Of a stretch of 38,506 nt of DNA, positions 1 to 11,857 are shown piece after piece; within the stretch, counting starts at the first letter, position 1; each line of letters starts with the position of its first letter. The translations under genes were made by a program, and so were the position numbers. The notes under the pieces are model-generated. The model ran no database searches. It saw nothing but the letters and a program-made list of their open reading frames with translations, and was not told the origin of the DNA. Origin of the DNA: Octopus bimaculoides (Eukaryota); NCBI RefSeq assembly GCF_001194135.2, contig NC_068989.1, forward strand, positions 90,018,588 to 90,057,093. The letters run 5' to 3'.

Positions 1-160
1 CTTCGTCTGTCTTTATGTTCTGAGTTCAAATTCCGCCGAGGTCGACTTTGCCTTTCATCCTTTCGAGGGTTGATGAATTAAGTACCAGTCGCGTAATGAG
101 GTCGATCTAATCGACTGGTCCCCTCCCCCAAAATTTCGGGCCTTGTGCCTAGAGTAGAAA
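1..160 (+). mobile_element. tRNA-derived SINE family B, 5' end cut by the window edge
   Basis: B-box GAGTTCAAATTCC, then gtcgactttgcctttcatcctttc; matches copies at 8271, 17152, 30062 and 35677. Confidence 0.9.
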
Positions 161-1899
161 ATAAACCTTCGCAGAATCTTCGATTGTTCACCGACCCGTG
201 ATATAACAGATCAATCCGTAGTAAGTGTAACGTGGTTTACAATTGAGCGTACCGTGTTACCTTGGATCAGTAATAAATAAATCAGAGATAAGTAAAGATA
301 GACGTAGACTGAAAATACACGAAAAACGATAGAAAAGATACTGTAACAAAACAGTTAAAAAAGGGAGAAACAGTAACGGTATGAAGGCTGGGTTAATCCG
401 ATGAATAAACAAACGATGTTGATAATAATGATTGGCACCCTACAGCATGAAACGAAGAAGATTAAGTAACGAAGCAGTGTAACTGATATAGTTACAGAAG
501 TTAATGAGACTATTAGTAATAAAACCAAGGAAACTATACAGTGTAGATAACACATATATGTATATATGCATATATGTATATATGCATATATGCATATATG
601 TATATATGTATGTATATCTATGTGTGTGTGTGCGTGTATTTATCATATATTATGCACAGTATTTAAATTCAATCGACTGCACGTGGATAAGATGAAATCT
701 AAACAAAGTTACCTAGCTATATCTGGCATCGTAAAGGATGCCAGATATCGTAAAGGGATCCATGCCTTATGTTAACTGATGAAAGAGGTGCAGGCTTTGC
801 GCAGCCGAAATTTCTTATATTCTTTCTAGATATAAAAAAAACTCCTCGCATTTATTAGATTCCTATTCTAGGTCCGAAACTTTTATTAAATGTAAACACA
901 TGGACAAATTTCTGTTCTTGAATTGGAGGACACCGTTCTCTGCAGATTGGGCATACAATTTCACAGACAATGACCTCTCTCCGTTGAATTAATCTACACC
1001 AATCATATTAATTCTGATTCCAACAGACAAAAGGACGCAATTCTTAATTTTATTTCTTGTTTTTCTTTTTCCAGATTCTACTTTTCATTTTTTCTCATTA
1101 CACTTTTTTCCCTTTATCTTCCTCTCGTCCTTTCTCGTGTTCTTTCAAAGCACAGCGTCCTTTCCCGATTGTTTTTTAAAAAAAGAGATTAGTCTTGTAC
1201 ATTGAGAATTATGGAAATATTATTTGCAGAGTCCTTGAATAACAAAACAGGAAAATGGAAATGTTTTAATATTATTTATTCTCCATTACACGTGTTTCAT
1301 TTGCTAATAGGAGTCATAAAGATTTACACGTCAGAAAGACATGTAAGGAATTTCCTACCAGACATTCTTCAGACAAAAATGAATTTTATAAATTTCACTC
1401 TCTCAAGATTTTTCTAATAGGAAATTCCTTATNNNNNNNNNNNNNNNNNNNNNNNNNNNNNNNNNNNNNNNNNNNNNNNNNNNNNNNNNNNNNNNNNNNN
1501 NNNNNNNNNNNNNNNNNNNNNNNNNNNNNNNNNNNNNNNNNNNNNNNNNNNNNNNNNNNNNNNNNNNNNNNNNNNNNNNNNNNNNNNNNNNNNNNNNNNN
1601 NNNNNNNNNNNNNNNNNNNNNNNNNNNNNNNNNNNNNNNNNNNNNNNNNNNNNNNNNNNNNNNNNNNNNNNNNNNNNNNNNNNNNNNNNNNNNNNNNNNN
1701 NNNNNNNNNNNNNNNNNNNNNNNNNNNNNNNNNNNNNNNNNNNNNNNNNNNNNNNNNNNNNNNNNNNNNNNNNNNNNNNNNNNNNNNNNNNNNNNNNNNN
1801 NNNNNNNNNNNNNNNNNNNNNNNNNNNNNNNNNNNNNNNNNNNNNNNNNNNNNNNNNNNNNNNNNNNNNNNNNNNNNNTATATATATAAATGTTTATGT

Positions 1900-2110
1900 T
1901 GCAAACTCTGACCCTCCTTAAATCCCAAATTTTATTTTGGTTTGCGGGAGCAACTGCCTTCAAAGTCTTATATTGTCGTTCAATGCCCGAAATAGGGAGT
2001 AGAGAGACAGCCGACAACTGACGAAGGGTCGTTTTTTTATGCAACAGGTTTCTCTGGTTCTTTGCGTACCCAACCTTGTTTTCGTATTTCATGTTGTTTA
2101 CGTTTTGTGA
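1900..2110 (+). repeat. Probable Penelope-associated terminal repeat with hammerhead-like half-motifs
   Basis: gcccGAAA (1985-1992) and CTGACGAagggt (2018-2029), followed by a T-rich tract. Confidence 0.3.
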
Positions 2111-2149
2111 CGTCCAGTACCAATATATGCATACCCTATATACAAATAT

Positions 2150-2282
2150 GGATGTATGTATATATGTATGTATATATATATATTATTTATATTATTATTT
2201 CATTGAGCGTCATGCATCCATTTCAAAGTATATATATATATATATATACATACATATATAGATGTGTGTATATATATGTATG

Positions 2283-2317
<35 letters not shown>

Positions 2318-2454
2318 GTAGACATATATACATATTTATATCTACACACATGTATATATATATGTTTAATTGTTTTTATGTATGTGTGTACATATGTATG
2401 TATGTATGTATGTATGTGTATATATGTATGTATGTTTGTATGTATGCATGTATG

Positions 2455-2490
<36 letters not shown>

Positions 2491-2500
2491 AGCACACACA
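2150..2500. repeat. Compound (TA)n/(TATG)n/(CA)n microsatellite
   Basis: Directly visible. Confidence 0.95.
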
Positions 2501-2659
2501 CATAGATGGCGTTCTCTCCCCCCATCTGTTCGCCATTTTTGCGCCAATGGCGGTTTCGCCCGAATCTAAATACCATTTCGCTCCAATAATCCTCTTTCGC
2601 ACCTTAAAAAGATTTATACCTACTTGGATAATCTCTGTCTTCTTATAGCATTCCTACCT

Positions 2660-2805
2660 CGCTGCTACCCTCTACCCTACCACCACCACCAACACTAGCA
2701 CCACCACCACCGCCGCCGCTGCCGCGATTACAACAACAACAACATAAAAAACAACAAAAATAACAACAGCAACTACTACTGCTACTACTACTACTAATAC
2801 TACTG

Positions 2806-2861
<56 letters not shown>

Positions 2862-3030
2862 GCAATTACTACTAATAATAACATCAAAATAACGATATCC
2901 TCCTTCTCCTCCTTTTCCTCCTCCTCCTTCTCCTCCGTTTTACTCCTCCTCCCCATTATTATTATTATTATTACTCTTACTATTATTACTATTATTATTA
3001 TTGACGGTAGCAAAAACTACAAGCAGCAGC
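2660..3030. repeat. Compound trinucleotide array (CAC, CAA, CTA, CTC, ATT)
   Basis: Directly visible. Confidence 0.95.
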
Positions 3031-3516
3031 TCGGCGGAGTACAGTGCCGTTACTCTGATTTATGTATGTATGTACACGAAGCATGTTTTAACTCGCGCGT
3101 ACATACATACAGACATACAAACATACATACATACAGACAGGCATACAGACAAACATGCAGACAGACATACAGACAAACGCTGACAAACCATCTCACACTT
3201 ACCCTCCACGTTCACTCACTCTTCTTTTCTCTCTTTCTCTCTTTGTCTTTCTGACAATCTGTCTCTTGGCTGCATATCTATCTATCCATCTATCTATCTA
3301 TCTCACTNNNNNNNNNNNNNNNNNNNNNNNNNNNNNNNNNNNNNNNNNNNNNNNNNNNNNNNNNNNNNNNNNNNNNNNNNNNNNNNNNNNNNNNNNNNNN
3401 NNNNNNNNNNNNNNNNNNNNNNNNNNNNNNNNNNNNNNNNNNNNNNNNNNNNNNNNNNNNNNNNNNNNNNNNNNNNNNNNNNNNNNNNNNNNNNNNNNNN
3501 NNNNNNNNNNNNNNNN

Positions 3517-3574
<58 letters not shown>

Positions 3575-3765
3575 AACAAACAAACAGAAAAATACATACA
3601 CACATACAGAAACAAAAGCCACCCACATAAACACAAAAACGCGGATAAGAATTGTGTGCGTGCGTGTGCGTGTGTATGTGTGCGTGTGTGTGCGTGTGTG
3701 TGCATGTGTGTGTCTGTGTGTGCGTGTGTATGCATATTGGTTGGTTTTTTCAGTATCATGTTGTT

Positions 3766-4124
3766 TTATTCTTTTATTTGTTTCAATCATTTTGACTGCG
3801 GCCATGCTGGAGCCTTTGGTCGAACAAATCGACCTCAGGACTTATTCTTTGTAAGCCTAGTACTTATCCTATCGGCGTCTTCTGCCGAACCGCTAAGTTA
3901 CAGCAACGTAAACACACCAGCATCGGTTGTCAAGCGATGGAGGGGGGACAAAAACAGACACACAAACATATACACACACATATACACATACATATATACG
4001 ACAGGCTTCTTTCAGTTTCCGTCTACCAAATCCACTCACAAGGCTTTGATCAGCTTGAGGCTGTAATAGAAGACACTTGCCCAAGGTGCCACGCAGTGGG
4101 ACTGAACTCGGAACGATGTGGTTG
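3766..4124 (-). mobile_element. tRNA-derived SINE family A, near full length
   Basis: Reverse complement of the 12308-12715 copy, lacking about 30 nt of the head. Confidence 0.92.
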
Positions 4125-4161
4125 ATTTTTAAAAAATATGATCGAATGTTTCAAATGTTAA

Positions 4162-4266
<105 letters not shown>

Positions 4267-4267
4267 T

Positions 4268-4608
4268 TGTGTTGTTAGGAAGCTCGCTTTCCAACCATTT
4301 GGTCTTGAGTTCGGTCCCACATCGCGGCACATTCAGCAAGTGTCTTCTACGATAGGCCAGGACCAACCGATGCCTTGTGAGTGAATTTGGTCGACGGAAA
4401 TTCATATATCTATGTGTTTCTTTGCGCTTGTCTCCAACACCATTTGATTAGACGATACTGGTTTGTTTACATCCCCATAACTTAGGGATTCCGCAAAAGG
4501 GACCAGTAGAATATGTAACAGGCTTTAAAATAGTAAGCACTGGGGCCTATTTGTTTGACTAAACCCTTGAAAGTGGTGCTCCAGCATGGCCGCAGTCCAA
4601 TGAATGAC
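4268..4608 (+). mobile_element. SINE family A, diverged copy
   Basis: gagttcggtccc B-box, gcaagtgtcttctac core, gtggtgctccagcatggccgcagtc tail. Confidence 0.85.
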
Positions 4609-5038
4609 ACACACTAAATATATATATTACATACATATATATACATTCGTATATATACATATACGTAAGTCTAAACACGTATATGATGCATATGTATATA
4701 TATATAGATACGTTTATAAACATATCCATTCTATAGTTTTCCCTTTTCCCCTCCCCCTCCCTCATTCATTAGTTCTGCTTCCCACGCAGATCTCCCTCAT
4801 AACTGCCACCCCACGCCTCACCTCACCCTCTCCACCACCACCACCATCGCCACAATCACCACCACCACCACCACCATCACCGCCACCTCTTGTGCCTCCC
4901 AGTCATTCACCCCGGTTCGCTGTCACGCGAGGCACGTGATTAACACCGTGTGGACAGTAACAAGAAGGTAGGCACACAAGCCTATATATATACATATACA
5001 TATATATACATATACATATATACATATANNNNNNNNNN

Positions 5039-5079
<41 letters not shown>

Positions 5080-6240
5080 GCACGCATACATATATATGCA
5101 TGCATGCGTGAATATAGCTAAGATAAATATAGATATTTGTTTGTGTGTGTATGTAAACTAATATCTTTTTGCGCGAATCGCGTTTCATGCCATTTAAATC
5201 ACCAACCTATTTGCAACGTATTTTACACACCGAGCTCATTCCTTTGTGTGTGGCTATCGTTTCAAAATGTTGTTTAATTTGGGCATTGTCTGTGGTTGTT
5301 GTCATTTCATTTGCCAATTCATCAACTGTTCTATGTTTCGTTAGTTCGCCTGGTATTTTATATCAGAGTTATCGTTTGTTTTTATATTTTGATTTATGTC
5401 ATTTTTAATGTTACAATGTTATCACTAATCATTAAATCAATTCGGTAGCACTTCTAGTTCTGCCTCTAGATTTCATTATCACATTCTGATGCAATGAAAT
5501 TGTTTATCTACGTTCTCTTTCTATTGGCTAATTCAGTTGTTGTCCTGTTTCCACTTGATATCATAATCGTAGTGTAGGTGTAAATACAGAAATATATTAT
5601 AGATAAGGTAAATAAATCATAATAAATCATAGTAAATTATAATGAATTTCTCTTTGCTGGACATCTGTCACTGAGGAACCCATAGAAGGGTGAAATCGTG
5701 TGATCTGGCAAGTCCGACGGCCGAAGCAGGCGATTCTCGTCTGTAACGATAAAAAAACGAGTACTTTTTAGCAGCATGAATCCTTATGAGAAATCTGCTC
5801 AAGGTAAACAGTACAGTATTCTGTGTTCTGACATGACTCCCACGTTAAGTTAGAAATCAAGATTACCTTTTGGTATTAATAATGCTGGTTCTGTCGCTTT
5901 AAATTATTCTATAATAAATTATGATCTTATTAATAGCAACTAATCTCAGAGACTTAAGCAATAAATTTTACGAGCCCTGAAGCTTGCACTGAGCTGTGGG
6001 AAAGTTGCAAAGGACAAGAAAAAGACGCAACGAAATCTTATGATTGAATTTGAGTATTAAATGTTGATGTTCTACAGAAACCCGTCTGCTATCATTCACT
6101 TATTTCAGTCATCGGATGGCGGTTTAAAGTCATAACCATACATGAATACGTACACACAAATACACACAAACACACACGCACACACACATGTATGAATATA
6201 TTTATATATATATATATATATATGCATGTATACACGCGCA

Positions 6241-6627
6241 GGAATGGCTGTGTGGTAAGAAGCTTGCTTCCAAACCGCGTGGTTTCTGGTTCAGTCCCAC
6301 TGCGTAGCACCTCGGATAAGTGTCTTCTACTATAGCCTCAGGCCGATCAAAGCCTTGTGAAACTGAAAGAAGCTCGTCGTATACATACATACATACATAC
6401 ATGTATATATATACGAATATGTATGTATGTATATATGTATTTGTGTATCTGTGTTTGTCCCCAAGCATCGCTTGACAACCAATATTGGTGTGTTTACATT
6501 CCCGAAGCTTAGCGGTTCGGCAATAAATATCGATAGAATAAGTCCTGGGGTCGATTTATTCGACTAAAGACGGTGCTCGAGCAAGGCCGCAGTCAACTGA
6601 CTAAAACAAATAAAAGAATAAAAGAAT
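6241..6627 (+). mobile_element. SINE family A, full length with internal deletions
   Basis: A-box TGGCtgtgTGG, B-box GGTTCAGTCCC, tail ending in (taaaagaa)n. Confidence 0.92.
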
Positions 6628-6669
6628 ATATATGCTTGCAAAGCGAGCTTCTTAACCCCACATCCATGC

Positions 6670-6930
6670 ATGCGCCTGGATATAGACATTTCATTGAAAA
6701 TTACTGAATATGCGAACATATATGATGAACTGCTTCGATACATTTATCCCATCTACCCAGATTATAAACTTACATTTGTAACTCACAATCTCTTTGTGTT
6801 ACAAAGATTTTAAGGAATAATTCGGAAAAGATACGATCTGAGTGGAAGTAAACAATCACGATTTCAATAGATACCATCTGTTATAGGAACAGTGAGAATA
6901 TGTAAAACTTTCCTAAAATTCAGCTTGTGA
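6670..6930 (+). pseudogene. Decayed C-terminal fragment of an R4/Dong-type RLE non-LTR retrotransposon ORF
   Basis: Translates to MRLDIDISLKITEYANIYDELLRYIYPIYPDY, then (with frameshifts) CVTKILRNNSEK and GTVRICKTFLKFSL*; aligns by eye with NINISLKIKEKEDNYEQLLRKLQLLYPDY of ORF 20224-20604. Confidence 0.75.
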
Positions 6931-7184
6931 CTTTATACTTTTCACATTTAAATTCCGATGAAGTAGATTTGTTTCTTTGTTAGAGATCAGCCAACTTCAT
7001 TATTCAAGGAATTCGAAGAATGACAAAAACGACCCTCAAAACATACATATATATACATAGATAGATATTACATACATATATACAAACATACATGTACAAG
7101 TGCATGCAACCATACATATATATATATTCACACATGCACGCATCCATACATATATGCATGCATAGATATATTATATCTCTGCTA

Positions 7185-7395
7185 GATGGAAACGCATTCG
7201 CCAAAAGTTAGCTTCTAAATACTTGATCAATACAAGAGATAAAAATGCCTGCAAATGTTGTGATAACAAAAATGTCTATTGCGCTACTCGAATGTGGAAG
7301 ATACCATCTTCTTCACAAAAAACTGCCCAAAATCTCTGCAAAATTCTACCTTCCTATGAGGTATGACATTATTGTCAAAACCATTTATAATGTTT
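7185..7395 (+). pseudogene. Decayed R4/Dong-type fragment (CCHC knuckle region)
   Basis: DGNAFA...LASKYLINTRD...PKISAKFYLPMRYDIIVKTIYN parallels EGYAFA...ATKYLVNKRD...CPKMSSRCYFPMRHDVVAKT at 20625-20900. Confidence 0.7.
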
Positions 7396-7681
7396 TTTTA
7401 AAGTTATCTCTACAGATTTTTTTTAGAGAATTTAGAACCAGCACTGAAAGTTACAGCGTTTCGAATACGAATACGTCTATGTAAGCAATGTGATCGAAGA
7501 TAGAAAAATAGATAATGGGTGTACATACATATTTCAAGTGTTTTTGCTCCCTCGTCAGCGCTACATCCAACTCATTAACCATCCATGAACACATTGTTTA
7601 AACACCGAATGTAACGGTGTAACACAATTGGATATACCAATTTTTTACATATTAAACACAGTCCTGGCAACTGGTACGTAC

Positions 7682-8151
7682 ATATCAATTGCTGATAGAG
7701 ACACTGTATTTTTTTTATGCAACTATTATATACTATAAAGTATATTAGACGTTTTTATAAGTCAATAGTGTGTCCTACCTGTGTCAGCAGTGCAATTCAA
7801 TCACTTTTTAAAGTTATCTCTACAGGCTTTCTATAGATACTAAAGCCAGCATTGGAAGTTACAAATACGTCTATGTAAATAATGTGATCGAAGACAGAAA
7901 AATGCGTAAAGGGTGTATATGTATATTTCAGAAGTTGTTGTCCATTCTTCAGCGCCACATACAACCCATTAGCCATCCGCGAATACATTGCTTAAATTAT
8001 AAAAAAAGATCTGTAGACATAACTTTAAAAAGTGACTGAATCGCGCTGCTAACACAGGTAGGACGCACTGTTGACTTATAAGCCATTAATATACTTGCTA
8101 GTATATCGTAGTTGCACAAAGAAATATGGCGTCCCTGCTGGCAATTAATAT
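7682..8151. mobile_element. Foldback/MITE-like element with ~140 bp imperfect terminal inverted repeats
   Basis: 7682-7824 is the diverged reverse complement of 8012-8151; spacer about 187 bp; 7394-7602 is a diverged direct copy of 7805-7996. Confidence 0.7.
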
Positions 8152-8160
8152 TTACAATGC

Positions 8161-8258
8161 TAAGGCAGTGAGCTGGCAGAATCGTTAGCAAGTCGGGCGA
8201 AATGCTTAGCTAAATATTTTGTCGGACGCGTTAACGTTTCTGCCAGCTCGCCGCCTTT
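8161..8258. repeat. Two SINE B head fragments in inverted orientation
   Basis: aaggcagtgagctggcagaatcgtta ... ttaacgtttctgccagctcgccgcctt. Confidence 0.8.
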
Positions 8259-8270
8259 TCATCGGCTAAA

Positions 8271-8491
8271 TTTGGTTTCAAATTTTAGCACCAGACCAGC
8301 AAGTTCGGAAACGGGACCAAGTCAATTACGTCGATTCCAGGCATCAACGGATACTTATTTTCATCGACCCTGAAAGGATGAAAAGCAAGGTCTAGACCAA
8401 GGCGAAATTTGAACTCACACCATTAAGACGAGCAAAATACCGCTAGATATTTTGCCCGGCGTGGTATCGATTCTGCCAGCTCCACAGCCTT
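8271..8491 (-). mobile_element. SINE family B, diverged full-length copy
   Basis: aatttgaactc (reverse B-box), atcgaccctgaaaggatgaaa, ttctgccagctc (reverse head). Confidence 0.85.
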
Positions 8492-8520
8492 TCTATAAAG
8501 CTAACATTACATGCTTTTAA

Positions 8521-8600
8521 CGCACTAAAAACTTCGTTTTTTCCCTGAATATGCAATTCTAAAATTGGGGAACGTCTACCATACCCGTACGTCTTTTCTA
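8521..8600. mobile_element. Possible Tc1/mariner (Tc2/pogo-like) subterminal remnant
   Basis: cgcactaaaa...aaaattggggaacgtct resembles the gacgcac...gggtgcgtcttata subterminal motif of this group (recognised, not searched). Confidence 0.35.
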
Positions 8601-8668
8601 CCACCTAAAACAGTATATCTTTATTATAATGACTAACAGAAAACCTCCCTGAGGGTGGATTTCGGCTA

Positions 8669-8717
<49 letters not shown>

Positions 8718-9089
8718 NNNNNNNNNNNNNNNNNNNNNNNNNNNNNNNNNNNNNNNNNNNNNNNNNNNNNNNNNNNNNNNNNNNNNNNNNNNNNNNNNNN
8801 NNNNNNNNNNNNNNNNNNNNNNNNNNNNNNNNNNNNNNNNNNNNNNNNNNNNNNNNNNNNNNNNNNNNNNNNNNNNNNNNNNNNNNNNNNNNNNNNNNNN
8901 NNNNNNNNNNNNNNNNNNNNNNNNNNNNNNNNNNNNNNNNNNNNNNNNNNNNNNNNNNNNNNNNNNNNNNNNNNNNNNNNNNNNNNNNNATGATGTATAT
9001 GTGTGAGCCTAGTCATATTCTAGCTTTTTTTTTGTTGCTGTTTTTTCTTGAATTCCTTATATTGCAATTTAGCGTTGGAAGTTTTCACC

Positions 9090-9351
9090 AATACTTCCTC
9101 CAGTAGCTCCATCACCATCCGCACCACCGCCGCCGCCGCCGCCGCCACCACTGCCACCCCTTCCATCATCATCTTTCACCACTACCAGCACCGCCGACCA
9201 ACAACGGCAAACAACTCCGCCTCCAGCATCGACACCACTCCCACTATGTCCGCCACATTTCATCGCCATCATCACCACACCGCCACTCGTCACCACCAGC
9301 ACCAGCACCGGGCACCACGACTACCATCATCATCATTACCTCATTACTTCA

Positions 9352-9416
<65 letters not shown>

Positions 9417-9476
9417 GTCTACTACCACGTAAGTATTACCACCACCACAACCACCACTAGTAGCAATGCCAACACC

Positions 9477-9509
<33 letters not shown>

Positions 9510-9687
9510 ACCCCCAGCGTTCCCACCACCTCGACCATCCCCTCCAACCGCGGCCACCTCCACCACCACCTTCACTAATGTTACAGCAGACGTCAGACTT
9601 TCCAGACACTAATTCAATAAGACGTGTTGACCCGAGCAGATACTTCGTCACTTAGAAGCAAGTGGAAGCCGCTAAGTGAAGAGAAAC

Positions 9688-9727
<40 letters not shown>

Positions 9728-10210
9728 GGTGGTGGTGGTGGAATAAGGAGAAGAAATTGGAAAACGAAATTGTTTTTTTTTTTACGAAGAAATATATCAG
9801 GGAAAAGAAAAAAGTTAAAATATGTCAAGATTTCTAGGAAAAATTGGGACACAAGAAAAAAACCATCACCATCACCATCATCTTGATGAGCACAATTGGC
9901 GTTATCATCACCTTCATCATCATCATCATCAACACCATCATCGTCATCATCATCATCATAGTCATCCTCCTCCTCCTCCTCCTCCTCCTCATCATCATCA
10001 TCATCATTATCATCGTCGTCATCATCATCGTCATCGTCATCGTCAACATCATCATCATCATCATCATCACCAGCGTCACCACCACCACCACCGCCGCAAC
10101 AACCACCACCGCCACCACCATCACCATCATCCTCATCACACCATAATCATCAGTATCATCACCATCATCATCATCGCCATCAACGTCGTTACGATTATGA
10201 TCGACACTAC

Positions 10211-10241
<31 letters not shown>

Positions 10242-10500
10242 GTCATCGTCGTCATCGTCGTCGTCACCATCATCATCATCATCATCACCGTCATCTTCTC
10301 CATCGTTATACTCGTCAAATTCCTCTTCACCTCCATTCTCCTCCTCTTTGTGATCATCCTTAACCTCATCACCTTCAACGCCATCAGCCTCATCCACCTC
10401 TTCTCCTTCTTCCAAATTTCCTCATCCTCGTCTATCCTCTTCCACTTCCTCATCATCGTAAACATCATCATCATCATCGTCATCAACAACAACAATAACA
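9090..10500. repeat. Long compound trinucleotide low-complexity region (CAC, TAC, TAG, GTG, CAT, CTC)
   Basis: Directly visible; source of the poly-His/Ile/Asp ORFs. Confidence 0.95.
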
Positions 10501-10731
10501 TTGACATGAAAGACCAACCTGCATAAAGGATGGCAGTAACATTATTCTACCAAAAGGGCAGGACGCCGAATTTATAGAATTCCAGAAGAGATGAATATTT
10601 GCCTTTGTGAAGAGTCTTTTTAGATGTGGTCGTTGTCTTCAGCAGCTGATAATTGGCCATTCTTTAATAATTCTTTCATTTTGCCGAGATTATAAGAAAA
10701 TTCATTGGAAGAAATTTCGCTGTACAGACGT

Positions 10732-10910
10732 AGGAGTGGGTGTGTGGTAAGAAGCTTGCTTCCCAAACATATGGGTCCGCGTTCAGTTCCACTGCATGGC
10801 ACCTTGGGAGAGTGTCTACTGCTATAGCCTTGGGTCGACCAAAGCCTTGTGAGTGGACTTGGTAGACGGAAACTGAAAGAAGTCTGTCGTATATGTATAT
10901 ATATATATAT
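10732..10910 (+). mobile_element. SINE family A, 5' half (runs into a gap)
   Basis: ggagtgggtgtgtggtaagaagc head through gaaactgaaagaag. Confidence 0.9.
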
Positions 10911-11818
10911 NNNNNNNNNNNNNNNNNNNNNNNNNNNNNNNNNNNNNNNNNNNNNNNNNNNNNNNNNNNNNNNNNNNNNNNNNNNNNNNNNNNNNNNNNN
11001 NNNNNNNNNNNNNNNNNNNNNNNNNNNNNNNNNNNNNNNNNNNNNNNNNNNNNNNNNNNNNNNNNNNNNNNNNNNNNNNNNNNNNNNNNNNNNNNNNNNN
11101 NNNNNNNNNNNNNNNNNNNNNNNNNNNNNNNNNNNNNNNNNNNNNNNNNNNNNNNNNNNNNNNNNNNNNNNNNNNNNNNNNNNNNNNNNNNNNNNNNNNN
11201 NNNNNNNNNNNNNNNNNNNNNNNNNNNNNNNNNNNNNNNNNNNNNNNNNNNNNNNNNNNNNNNNNNNNNNNNNNNNNNNNNNNNNNNNNNNNNNNNNNNN
11301 NNNNNNNNNNNNNNNNNNNNNNNNNNNNNNNNNNNNNNNNNNNNNNNNNNNNNNNNNNNNNNNNNNNNNNNNNNNNNNNNNNNNNNNNNNNNNNNNNNNN
11401 NNNNNNNNNNNNNNNNNNNNNNNNNNNNNNNNNNNNNNNNNNNNNNNNNNNNNNNNNNNNNNNNNNNNNNNNNNNNNNNNNNNNNNNNNNNNNNNNNNNN
11501 NNNNNNNNNNNNNNNNNNNNNNNNNNNNNNNNNNNNNNNNNNNNNNNNNNNNNNNNNNNNNNNNNNNNNNNNNNNNNNNNNNNNNNNNNNNNNNNNNNNN
11601 NNNNNNNNNNNNNNNNNNNNNNNNNNNNNNNNNNNNNNNNNNNNNNNNNNNNNNNNNNNNNNNNNNNNNNNNNNNNNNNNNNNNNNNNNNNNNNNNNNNN
11701 NNNNNNNNNNNNNNNNNNNNNNNNNNNNNNNNNNNNNNNNNNNNNNNNNNNNNNNNNNNNNNNNNNNNNNNNNNNNNNNNNNNNNNNNNNNNNNNNNNNN
11801 NNNNNNNNNNNNNNNNNN

Positions 11819-11857
<39 letters not shown>

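Noticed and set aside
945-995. Short frame WAYNFTDNDLSPLN* after a ttctctgcag acceptor
   Set aside because: Too short to distinguish from chance
4790-4967. Pro/Thr-rich candidate exon with cacgcag acceptor and aag|gtaggc donor
   Set aside because: Core is a CAC triplet repeat, the proline frame stops at 4939, and nothing is recognisable
5640-5780. Faint WPPRSPDL-like Tc1/mariner transposase echo on the minus strand
   Set aside because: Too few matching residues to support by eye
9822-10526. Poly-His, poly-Asp and poly-Ser ORFs (also 32087-32326 and 32953-33633)
   Set aside because: Trinucleotide arrays stay open in several frames and on both strands at once, with no splice or codon evidence
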